A stretch of DNA of 64,000 nt from Eledone cirrhosa (taxonomy: Eukaryota), in contig OZ024742.1 in assembly GCA_964016885.1 (NCBI GenBank), positions 325,562,001 to 325,626,000 of the forward strand, given 5' to 3'. Positions 15,020 through 25,570 of this stretch are shown piece by piece; position 1 is the first letter of the stretch, and each line of letters opens with the position of its first letter. A program made the translations under genes and the position numbers. Under the pieces are notes generated by a model that worked only from the letters and a program-made list of their open reading frames with translations, was not told where the DNA came from and ran no database searches.

Positions 15020-16250
15020 ATACAAGCTTAGCAGTCGTAGAGCAAGGTATTTTAATGCTATTTCTATCAAAAATGTTATATTTATGTGCTGAGGGGAAAT
15101 GCTTCTTAATAAGGGAGAGAAAGATCTTAGCTAATGGTGTGGTCACCTCCATATTATATGGTGGGTTATACTATATAATGTGTCGGGATCTATTTCTCCT
15201 TGGTTTATGCTCATACATAGTATATGCTACCTTATCGACAAATCCACTCCGAGCAAGAGCTTTATTGTAATATGTGGAATGGTCGGTAAACATATGCTTG
15301 TTTGTAGATAGACGGGAAAACCTCAAAGAAACGTTATATACTAGGTTCTTGGTTATGCTGGCAGGATGGTTAGAATGCTTACTTATGTAATTAAGCGTAT
15401 CATTCGGCTTTCTATGCGGATAGTTCAAGCCATTCGATAAATTGAGGGTAACGTCGAGGTAATTAACGATCGAGAGGATGACCTCAACCTGTATGGACAG
15501 GTTGAAGCCTTTAAAGAAGCCTGTGAGTTCTTTTCTGAACCTGCCGCAAGCGCGTGGACAGCATTTTGTCATGGTCAAAAGACCGTCATCGCGGTACAAA
15601 CCACTGCCTACGTTGGGGAATTCTTCCTTGATAGAGAAAAGAAGGAAAAGGCCGATAAAATCTGTAACCTCCGCCGAATCGCTGGCGCCCATTCTCACGT
15701 CAAATGGGGAACTATTAGATATTTTTTTATCCAAATAGAGTCGTCGAAATTAACACCGACTTACGGGCATTGAGAATGTCAGCAACTTCGAAATCCTTAA
15801 CAATCGTGATCGTTTTAGCGAAATTGATAGCTCTAAGAAGAGGATTTGGACACCATTGCCAACTCAACTAGAGAGTTATTGTTTACAGAGACATATCCGC
15901 TTGTAGAAGGTTTATCCGGGATTTATTGAATGAATTTTTCCAAAGATTTTTTGAAATTGTTTGGTTCTGTTTCCGTTTTAATGTGTTTTGGTGTAATGCT
16001 AAAGAGAGTGGGCCAATTGAGGTGAAATAATTGTGTCGTATTGTTGTTATGAGATGCGAGAATCATTTTTGTCGTGGGTGAATAGCACGGGGCCCAAGCC
16101 TTGGGTGTAACTTGAAGGTGATGCCAACATCATTTGGGAATTGCTGATGGAATATTTTGCACATCATCAAGATGACGTAGCGCGCACAGCGAAGTTGGTG
16201 AGCATAAAGCCTGAGCTTGTCTAGTCGATCTCAATAGTCAAGGTCGAACC
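15020..16250 (-). pseudogene. Relic PLE reverse transcriptase of a third type (GLYRDDGL type; possibly Hydra-clade-like)
   Basis: FDVRMGASDSAEV, GLYRDDGL, VNYLDVTLNL, RKPNDTLNYISKHSNHP, then YNPPY..FLSLIKKHFP. Stops and frameshifts present; 3' side cut by (TA)n. Clade assignment is from memory of motifs. Confidence 0.8.
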
Positions 16251-16499
16251 TAATAGTCAATGATGAATCACGACGGCTGAGCTCCGGCCGTTTCGACAGC
16301 TAGATCCGACAGTTTTCGGATCTAGTTGTCGAAACGGCCGAAGCTCAGCCGTCGGGGTCCTCTATATTTTTATATTACCCACTCTACTACCCCAAGTACC
16401 GAGTACTCATGTGCGTTATGGTTCACGTGGTATCTTACCACACCCTCTTTGTTATATATATATATATAATAGAACATATACATACCCCCCCCCCCACCC

Positions 16500-16535
<36 letters not shown>

Positions 16536-16591
16536 ATATAAATGCATGAGATGTATATAATATACATACATATATATATTTACATGTTTAT

Positions 16592-16661
<70 letters not shown>

Positions 16662-16700
16662 CACACACTACACCCACACTACACACACACACACATACAC

Positions 16701-16774
<74 letters not shown>

Positions 16775-16853
16775 GTCGTATGGTTGCTAGGATGCGCCCA
16801 TAGGCGGTATGCCGGTTGAGCACTCTATGCTCCTATGGAGCTAGTATGATAAC

Positions 16854-17086
16854 ATGGAAAACGAAGAAACAGTGATGCATCGGAACTCAATTTATTACGT
16901 ATTACAATTGTTTCCCCGGCGAACAGCTCGATGTGCGATCTGTTTGTGGATTGAACCTGACTCTGGATTCGCAAGATCCTCAGATATGTCTAGTGATTTG
17001 GAGGCAAATTCAGCTGTTTGCCGGAGAAGCAATTGTAATAAGTAATAAATTGAATTCCGATGCATCACTGATTCTTCGTTTTCCAT
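16854..17086. repeat. Fold-back element with arms of about 75 bp
   Basis: atggaaaacgaaga..acagct is mirrored at 17012-17086. Confidence 0.85.
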
Positions 17087-18109
17087 TTTATATATATATA
17101 TTTATATATACATCTACCAAGATGTCGCCTTATAGGGATATAATAAACTCGAGTCTATAGTAGATAGCACTTACACAAGTTGCAACGCATTATCAATACA
17201 AACATTCACTTTAATCTATGTTTTACAGAAGCAAATATTAACTTTCTTGTAGGCATTTTTATAAAATGGATTTTTTAGCTTCTACAGGCCTTTCACCTAA
17301 CCAATCGTAGTTCACTAGAACTACGTCATTCTTTGTTATTCTTTTGTTTGTTTGTTTTTCATTAGAGAGAAGAAGCTTAATTTGTTTTCAAAGGAAAGTA
17401 CTAATTGGTATCTGAATTCACTAAAACTTTATTCATCAAGTTAGAAGCAACGAATTTCTTTTTTCTTTTGGTTATTTCTAAAAGTTAAAATTTCAGACAC
17501 GAAACCAACCTTAACCAGTATTCCTCATCTCTAGAAATAGTACTTGGGCATTTCCGTTATAACGATTGTTGTTGACTTTTGGTTTTGGATTCTGTTTCAT
17601 CCTTTTGTCTATGATTGCGAAAGTTTCAGAAAAAATAATATATAATCACGGAGAAAATTATCTACGTAAAACGAACCATAAACAAAACAAACGATTCCAA
17701 TTTAACTTTTTAAATTTCTCAATCTACGTATTCTTCTCTTCTTATTGTTTCTACTCCTACTAATGTGTAAGAAAGTTTTTTTGTTTCATTTTCTTTATTT
17801 CACCTGGTAATAAGAAACGTATCAGAAAAGAAAAGAAACATGATGACGTCATGGCTTTTCAAAGAAATGCTGATATCACGTCAGATTACTGATATAATAT
17901 ATTAAGCTAGTTTAAAAAACTAATCTATCAAGAACTACCAAATTTAAAAACAAATATTAAACACAAATAAATAAGTAAGTTCAGATCGAGAAACACATGG
18001 ATGATCAGACGTTTGCTAGCCATAGAAAATTAGCGTCTTTGTAGATATGTTGTTAATAATATGATATTATTCACTATCCATTTCATTTCTGTAGGCGTAC
18101 ACTTAGTAT

Positions 18110-18425
18110 TAGGTAGGTCGGCTCACAGAACAAATGAATCTGTCCTAGAAGAGATTGGTGCCAATGGACAGTTGGTTGAAACAGTAAGGAAAAGGAAATT
18201 TCAGTAGGTTGGTCATGTAGTCAGGGCCCAACATTTGACTACCCACATCCTTGAGGGACGAATACGAAGAAGGGTCAGGGGGCTGCAGAAAAAGCAATGG
18301 ACAGAAAATATTAAGGAATGGACAGGAGAGAGTTTGGCGGAAGGTACGGTAATGGCAAAAGACAGGAAAATATAGAGAGTGCTGGTCGATAGTTCCATGA
18401 CATCAGACCTTCAGATATGAGGATA
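18110..18425 (+). pseudogene. 3' fragment of RTE-like LINE
   Basis: RKRKFQ*VGHVVRA..ILEGRI..R..QWTENIKEWTG..AKDR. Confidence 0.7.
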
Positions 18426-19026
18426 GTATTAGAAGAAAATTTCATTTCTTAGGATGGGAGGGCTTGATGGAGTGTTATCTAATCACATCATGTTGTTACA
18501 TATTGTGTCTCGTTTTTCAAAACGACAGTGTGTCTTCTGTCAGTGAATATAAATATGATAGCAATATAATAAAAGTTGTTTCCTGTGAAGTGTTTGGTGA
18601 TTGTAAGTTTTTCATGAAGAGAATATCCAATTTCCAAGCAATATTTCAAAACTGTAAATGCAGCTTAACGTATGATATTTTTTGATTACCATCAGCCTTC
18701 ATAATTATATTGAATTATGTTAGTGATATATGCAATTGGATCATTGCGGAAACCATTGGTTTCATCTGGAAGCAATAGAAACCTGTTGTACATTATATAT
18801 AAACAGATGTATCACGCATTTGCTTAGATATTTATCTCCAATATGTAATCATTCCTGTATTGTTCCAATTACTCTGTAAGCATTTCAGCTGGGATTTCTT
18901 ATACTATGTTAAACCCTGCATTGAATATTATAGACATAGGTGTGTCTGACACACACTCTCTCACACACACATAAAAACATCACACACGAAAAAACACACA
19001 CATACACACGCACAACCATATATATA

Positions 19027-19120
<94 letters not shown>

Positions 19121-19661
19121 CAAGAAGTATAAGTCAACAGGGTAAAATTAGCTTCGTTTATTCATATTCGCTGCTATATGCATTATTCAACATCTATGAT
19201 CTCATCAGGCAGTAAGAACTTGAACAGAAAAAAACACGAAAACATAATGTAATAGATTTTACCTTGTTAATCCATTGATATGTTCATATCCAGAGTGTCG
19301 TGTTAATCCTCTAAGGAATTGAAGGCATATTGTTTAGAATGAATGAACTTCAGCGTCCAAGGATATGCTCTCACCTCATTGGTCAGATATCATACCACCT
19401 CTCCAGCCGAAAGTCTATTGAAATTCTTCAGTCAGTTCTCCTAGACGCAGCTCAGCCTGCTTTTAACCTCACGTATATTCTGGTCCGGTTGACCTACGTT
19501 TCTGTAGTGGTATTAATGTGAGCAGGTCAGTTAGCTGGTCAATTACATATTCAGGTTGTCAGGGAAGAATTCATCTAGATAAACTGATATGAGTTCAGTG
19601 TATCTCAAAATCGCTAGGTCTTATAGTGGGAGATGTTATAAATGTGTTATGACACGTACTT

Positions 19662-19714
<53 letters not shown>

Positions 19715-19844
19715 GTGAGGTTTTTTTTACAAAATGAAAAATAACCGAGGTGTCCTACACGAGTGGAAGTATAAAGAAAAAGGGATGAAATCGAAAATGC
19801 AACTGAAGTCTTATTTTTTTAAAAATATATATATTTATTTGGTT

Positions 19845-19882
19845 CCTTTACCGGTTTCGCAGTTCTTCTGCTTTTCAAAAGG
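19845..19882 (-). ncRNA. Minimal type I hammerhead ribozyme, variant U3-A8 core, in the PLE 3' pLTR
   Basis: CCUU-UUGAAAA-GCAG AAGAA CUGC-GAAA-CCGG-UA-AAGG: stem I CCUU/AAGG, stem II GCAG/CUGC, palindromic ACCGGU stem III. Confidence 0.7.
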
Positions 19883-20678
19883 TGAGTTGAGATGGAGGGT
19901 CTGTGGTTTTTCTCACATCTGGTTGGTCTCTAAATGTTACTTGTTTTATATGGAAAAACTGGCTCGAAAACCAGGTTTTTCGAGAAGTAATTTGATTGGT
20001 TTGTCAATAATTATAATAAATTTCGCGCCAGTTCGCGTTACAATAGTTCTTCAAATAAGAGAGGGGGAGGTTGTCACAGGTTGTTTTTTCATATATGAGT
20101 GTTTGAATTTCTTTTTACTTGAAAAAATGAGGCTCACGAAGGCTTTTTTTTGGTTGGTTATAAATGAAATTTGGCCGTCACGTGAACAAGTTTTCATTAC
20201 ATTTTTGCGCCCTTATTTGGAAAACTATTCTGTAGTCTATAGTGAATGTTATGACGATGGAGAGATAGTGGTCAAGGGAAAAGGGATTGGGAGAAATGTT
20301 CTGGTTCAGTGAATATGGCCAGCTGTCAGAGTTCAGGTGTCAGAGTTCAGATTTTCTATTGAGACTGAAGATATGTGTTTATTTGTGTGCTTGTGTGTGT
20401 GTATATGTGTGTGTGTGTGTATGTGTGTATTGGAAGATGATTCTATTAGTAGAGATGGGGGAGGGAGTTGTGTGTGTGTGTATATGGGTGTTATGTGTGT
20501 GTGTGCGAGTATGTTAGATAGAGAGAATATATATTTTTTGTGCGTGTGTATATATATATGTGTGTAGGAAAGTGGTTCTATTAGTAGAAATGGGGAGGGT
20601 GTTGTAGGTGTGGGGGTTTTTATGTGTGTGTATGGGTGTTATGTGTGTGGGAGTATGGTTAGCATGTTAAGATGAAGA

Positions 20679-20715
<37 letters not shown>

Positions 20716-20919
20716 GTGTGTGTATGTGTGTGTGTAGGAAAATGATTCCTTTAGTAGGAATATTTTTGAATGAACATATTTTCCTGACTTTTTCGTGTTT
20801 GCTGTTGTATTGCCAGTGCAAACGTATGTTTAAGGTTTATTTAGTTCGGGTTTTTATTTTCTAAAGTAGGTGTTATGTGTGTGTGTGTATGTCATATTGT
20901 GGTGTTGACATAATGTATA

Positions 20920-23190
20920 TTAAACCTTATTTAATGTTGGTCTATATTTTTGAATAAACATATTTTCCTTATTTATTCGCATTTGTTCTGTTGTATTGTT
21001 AGCGCATAGGTAAAATGGGAAGACTTGGAATTTGGGTGTCTTATTACTTGCGCACATGTCTAGATGTGCACTTAGTGGTATTTGTCTCGTGGTTGGATCT
21101 CGTAATTGTTGGCGATGAACTGTCATTCTGTTTCTTAGTGTGAGTTTAGTTTGTCCTATATAATCTTCATTGCATCCTTTACATTTAATGGCATAAATTA
21201 GATTTTTTGATGAGCAAGTGAAGTGATTTTTTACAGTAAAATTTTGTCCTGATTTAAATGTATACGTGTTGCCTTCAATGAGGTGAGTGCAGGTTCCACA
21301 ATTAGAGCGACCACATTTTTTGATACTTGGTTGTGGGTTTGTGGTAGGTAATTTGGCATTGGTGAGTAATGTTTTCAATGATTTTGGTTGTCTTTTGCTT
21401 TTGATTATTTTGTGTGTTTCAAGGGCTTTTTTCATTCTTGGGTTTTGTTTTAGTAGTGGGATGTTATTGTGAATAGTGTTGTAAGCTTCCGCATTTCTTG
21501 GGTTGTGTGTTGAGATATATGATAGAATATTGGACGTACCTTGAATTTGTTTCTGTTTCCGTAATTCATCAATGCCTATTGCTTTAGCCCTTTCTATTCC
21601 ATTATTTATTAGTAATAGTGGGTACTCTCTCTCAAGTAGAATTTCCTTTAATTCTTGAAGTCTTTTATTTCGCGTTTCATAATTGGAGACAATTGTGCAA
21701 ATTCTTCTTGCTAGGTTAAAAGGAATGTTCGTCTTCGTGTGCTTTGGATGGTTGGAGGTGAATAGCAGATATTGTTTGGAATCTGTTGGTTTGTAGTGTA
21801 TGTCAGTTTCGATATTTGTGTCTTTTTTTGTGATTAAGATGTCCAGAAATGGGAGTTGATCTTGGCTGTATTCCATTGTGAATTGGATGTGGTTATTGAT
21901 GCCGTTTATTAAGTTTTTCAAATCCTTCAGTTGGTCGAGTGTGTGGGACCAAAGAATGAGGCAATCATCCAAGTAGCGATTCCAATTCTCTGATAAATAT
22001 TTGTGGAAGTTCATTCCGTATTTTGATTTGGACTGTTCATATATCTGGACTTCTAAGTATGCCATGACTAAGTTGGCATAAGTTGGAGCGGCTTTTGTGC
22101 CCATCGCAGTCCCCGATATTTGCTTGTAAGTATTGCCATCGAAATCAAAAAAGTTGTTCTGTAGGATGAATTTTAATCCCTCGGTGATGAAGCTTTTTTC
22201 TATTCTGTCAGGTATCTCATTGGGATATTTCTCTAGCCAGAATCCTATTGCTTCTAGTCCGTATTGGTGTGGGATCGTTGTGTAGAGATTCACTACATCG
22301 AAAGACACAATAATAGTGTCGTTGTTGACATGTTTGGGGAGGTGGTTTAAGAGGTCCAGATCGTCTCTTACAAGGCTTGGTATGTGTTTCACTATTGGTT
22401 TCAGTAGTATGTCTATAAAGTTGCTCAATCTGTGTGTTTCACATTGTGGGCCCGCTACAATTGGTCTTAATTTAAGGTCTGTGGGGTATTGTGTGTTCAC
22501 GCAGGCTGAGGTGGATTGTTTACAGGCATCGTTGATTATTTTACATTTGTGGATCTTCGGAAGTCCGTAAAGGTTGCTGGTTTTGTATTCAAAATTTGTT
22601 AAATAATCGCGTTCCTTTTTAGTTAGGTCTTCCTGGTATCGATAAATCAGTGTGTTTAATTTGGTCATTATTTTTGATTGCTGGTAGTTTTTTACTCTTT
22701 CATAGTAATTAGCATTTTGTAAGAGAGAGAACATAGAATTTTTATATTTTTCAGCCTCCATAATGACAACAGTACTTCCCTTGTCCGCTTCCTTAATTAC
22801 AATGTCCGGATTGTTTTTTAGTTCATGGATAATCTCCCATTCCCTTCGACTTGTGTTGGGTTTGGGTTTAGGTTGCGGTAGTTCATGGTATGGGAAGGTA
22901 GCTATGTGGTCACAAAATTTGTCCAGAACTCTGTTTCTACCTTTTGTTGGGTTGTAGCTGCTTTTATTCCGTACAATTGATTCGTCGTTATTCTCCTTGT
23001 CAAAGAATTCCTCTGTGAGACGTAATTTTCTACAGAAGTGTGAGATATCGTCATTTATCTCGTTGGGGTTAGGATATTGTGGTGTTGGTGTGAATTTCAG
23101 ACCTTTGGAGAGAATTTTTACTTGTTGGGCTGAGAGGTTTGTATTTGAAATGTTAATTATTTTCGGTTTTTCAAAATCGGTTTGTGCCAC
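20920..23190 (-). CDS. PLE reverse transcriptase with C-terminal GIY-YIG endonuclease (ORF2). Frame is open up to 23247; probably expressed as a -1 frameshift fusion with ORF1.
   Basis: Motifs LSKGLKF, IKEADKG, YGLPKIHK, LRPIV, SFDVVNLYTTI, GTAMGT, RYLDD, LPFLDI, CGRSNCGTC linker, LIYAIKCKGCNEDYIGQT, later H..H residues. No internal stops. The track 'M' at 23190 is GTG. Confidence 0.95.
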   Translation of the reverse strand: MAQTDFEKPKIINISNTNLSAQQVKILSKGLKFTPTPQYPNPNEINDDISHFCRKLRLTEEFFDKENNDESIVRNKSSYNPTKGRNRVLDKFCDHIATFPYHELPQPKPKPNTSRREWEIIHELKNNPDIVIKEADKGSTVVIMEAEKYKNSMFSLLQNANYYERVKNYQQSKIMTKLNTLIYRYQEDLTKKERDYLTNFEYKTSNLYGLPKIHKCKIINDACKQSTSACVNTQYPTDLKLRPIVAGPQCETHRLSNFIDILLKPIVKHIPSLVRDDLDLLNHLPKHVNNDTIIVSFDVVNLYTTIPHQYGLEAIGFWLEKYPNEIPDRIEKSFITEGLKFILQNNFFDFDGNTYKQISGTAMGTKAAPTYANLVMAYLEVQIYEQSKSKYGMNFHKYLSENWNRYLDDCLILWSHTLDQLKDLKNLINGINNHIQFTMEYSQDQLPFLDILITKKDTNIETDIHYKPTDSKQYLLFTSNHPKHTKTNIPFNLARRICTIVSNYETRNKRLQELKEILLEREYPLLLINNGIERAKAIGIDELRKQKQIQGTSNILSYISTHNPRNAEAYNTIHNNIPLLKQNPRMKKALETHKIIKSKRQPKSLKTLLTNAKLPTTNPQPSIKKCGRSNCGTCTHLIEGNTYTFKSGQNFTVKNHFTCSSKNLIYAIKCKGCNEDYIGQTKLTLRNRMTVHRQQLRDPTTRQIPLSAHLDMCASNKTPKFQVFPFYLCANNTTEQMRINKENMFIQKYRPTLNKV

Positions 23191-24359
23191 CGGGTGTCGT
23201 GAGTCCTGTAGCCTTGGTCTAAAAAATGATTTTTCTGGAATGTTTTTTCATTGGTATTATTATATCTAATGGTATTTCCCCTGTTGTTGTGTGGTCTTGT
23301 ATAGAAGTTTCGGACGTATTGAGGTTCGGTTTGTTGATAGTCCGGGTTGTAGATTTGGTTCCTTTGTGTGGGTTGGGATCTATGGTTTGGGAACAGGCTC
23401 TGTGTGGGCAGGGGTCTACGGTTTTGGAATAGGTTTTGTGTGGGTTGTGATCTGCGGATCAGGTCCTGCCTTGTGTTCGGGGATCTTTGGTTTTTGTTAG
23501 TAGGGTTATAGTTTTGTCTATGGTTTCTGGGATTATCGTTATAGTTTTGCTGGGGGTATGTTGGACGTTTTGTTACTTTTTTTGTTATTTGTTGTGCATG
23601 CGGTGTGTGAGTTTTAGTTTGTTTTAAAAATGGGTTACCTGTATGTTGTTCATTTTTGAAGTCCATTTCGTAGTTGTTGAACCAGGTGGCGTTTTTTTCC
23701 CATCGCTGGAGGGATGTGAGTTCTTCATCCTCACAGTTTTCTTTCCAAAGTTTTAGGGTTTTTTTGTAGAGTAGGCCTTCAGAGTGCTTTGAGATTTCTG
23801 TGTCCATCTGTTGGTCGAGTGACTTGAATTTTTCTTCGTTGGAGTTGGCTCTTAATCGCAACAGTTCTATTTCTGTTTTAAATTTTTCCAATGCCATCTT
23901 TTCCCTAAGTCTTTGTTGGTTTTCTGGTTCATTCGGGATGGGTTTTATTTGGAGTTTTTTGGGGAGGATGATTGGGGTAGAGTTTAGCCACTTTTCATAT
24001 ATGTCTGCCTTGCCATTATTTTTTAGGAGATTCCAAAGGGCGAATTTGCGGGCTGTGAGCTTTTGAATCCATATGTTGATTAGGGTGTTTTTCACTGAGT
24101 GGACATCTCGTAGATTGGGTTCTAACGGTTGTTCAAGCTTTTGGAGCATTGTTGTTTCAATGGTTTCGATTAGCTTAGTTAATACTGGAGTAATATTCGT
24201 CTCTTGGGTATTTTCTGTTTCTTCGTGGGGTCCTTTTTTATAGATGTGTATTTGGTCCACTTTGTTGGTCAAAATTGAGAGTTTAGAGGAAATCTCTTTG
24301 AGTTCATTTAAGATGTCCTGGTTCAGTGAGTTGTTGTTTTGTTGAGACTTTGGTGGCAT
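23157..24359 (-). CDS. PLE ORF1, 400 aa, predicted coiled-coil N-terminal part and Q/N/R/P-rich C-terminal part
   Basis: ATG-initiated uninterrupted 1.2-kb ORF in AT-rich DNA, starting 21 nt after the pLTR junction and overlapping ORF2. Heptad-like segments (ILNELKEISSKLSILTNKVDQI; LEKFKTEIELLRLRANSNEEKFKSLDQQM). Confidence 0.85.
   Translation of the reverse strand: MPPKSQQNNNSLNQDILNELKEISSKLSILTNKVDQIHIYKKGPHEETENTQETNITPVLTKLIETIETTMLQKLEQPLEPNLRDVHSVKNTLINIWIQKLTARKFALWNLLKNNGKADIYEKWLNSTPIILPKKLQIKPIPNEPENQQRLREKMALEKFKTEIELLRLRANSNEEKFKSLDQQMDTEISKHSEGLLYKKTLKLWKENCEDEELTSLQRWEKNATWFNNYEMDFKNEQHTGNPFLKQTKTHTPHAQQITKKVTKRPTYPQQNYNDNPRNHRQNYNPTNKNQRSPNTRQDLIRRSQPTQNLFQNRRPLPTQSLFPNHRSQPTQRNQIYNPDYQQTEPQYVRNFYTRPHNNRGNTIRYNNTNEKTFQKNHFLDQGYRTHDTRWHKPILKNRK
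23220..23226 (-). promoter_or_regulatory. Predicted -1 ribosomal frameshift slippery heptamer U UUU UUA
   Basis: ORF1 reads CAT TTT TTA GAC. The -1 frame reads TCA TTT TTT AGA CCA and runs without a stop into the RT. Confidence 0.75.
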
Positions 24360-24380
24360 TTTCGGTCTTCGTGTGGTGGG

Positions 24381-24542
24381 TATATATTAGAAAGTGAGGT
24401 TTTTTTTACAAAATGAAAAATAACCGAGGTGTCCTACACGAGTGGAAGTATAAAGAAAAAGGGATGAAATCGAAAATGCAACTGAAGTCTTATTTTTTTA
24501 AAAATATATATATTTATTTGGTTCCTTTACCGGTTTCGCAGT
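24381..24542 (-). repeat. 5' truncated pseudo-LTR (direct repeat of 19702-19863)
   Basis: Identical tatatattagaaagtgagg...ccggtttcgcagt at both positions. Confidence 0.92.
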
Positions 24543-24920
24543 ACAACAGCAAACACGAAAAAGTCAGGAAAATATGTTCATTCAAAAATATTCCTACTAA
24601 AGGAATCATTTTCCTACACACACACATACACACACACAATATATATATATATATATATATATTCTCTTCATCTTAACATGCTAACCATACTCCCACACAC
24701 ATAACACCCATACACACACATAAAAACCCCCACACCTACAACACCCTCCCCATTTCTACTAATAGAACCACTTTCCTACACACATATATATATACACACA
24801 CACAAAAAATATATATTCTCTCTATCTAACATACTCGCACACACACACATAACACCCATATACACACACACAACTCCCTCCCCCATCTCTACTAATAGAA
24901 TCATCTTCCAATACACACAT

Positions 24921-24953
<33 letters not shown>

Positions 24954-25570
24954 AGCACACAAATAAACACATATCTTCAGTCTCAATAGAAAATCTGAAC
25001 TCTGACACCTGAACTCTGACAGCTGGCCATATTCACTGAACCAGAACATTTCTCCCAATCCCTTTTCCCTTGACCACTATCTCTCCATCGTCATAACATT
25101 CACTATAGACTACAGAATAGTTTTCCAAATAAGGGCGCAAAAATGTAATGAAAACTTGTTCACGTGACAGCCAAATTTCATTTATAACCAACCAAAAAAA
25201 AGCCTTCGTGAGCCTCATTTTTTCAAGTAAAAAGAAATTCAAACACTCATATATGAAAAAACAACCTGTGACAACCCCCCCCCCTCTCTTATTTGAAGAA
25301 CTATTGTAACGCGAACTGGCGCGAAATTTATTATAATTATTGACAAACCAATCAAATTACTTCTCGAAAAACCTGGTTTTCGAGCCAGTTTTTCCATATA
25401 AAACAAGTAACATTTAGAGACCAACCAGATGTGAGAAAAACCACAGACCCTCCATCTCAACTCACCTTTTGAAAAGCAGAAGAACTGCGAAACCGGTAAA
25501 GGAACCAAATAAATATATATATTTTTAAAAAAATAAGACTTCAGTTGCATTTTCGATTTCATCCCTTTTT

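Noticed and set aside
19734-20312. 192-aa plus-strand ORF, with partial twins at 24413 and 25239
   Set aside because: Antisense to the PLE 3' UTR, no recognisable motif, and broken by a frameshift in the inverted copy.
23188-23190. Track start 'MAQTDF' for the RT ORF
   Set aside because: The codon is GTG, unlikely as a eukaryotic start inside ORF1, and the frame is open further upstream through the slippery site.
20920-23247. Naiad-type permuted or selenoprotein PLE; group II intron, retron or DGR reverse transcriptase
   Set aside because: The endonuclease is C-terminal, there are no in-frame UGA codons, and motifs and context are those of a eukaryotic PLE.
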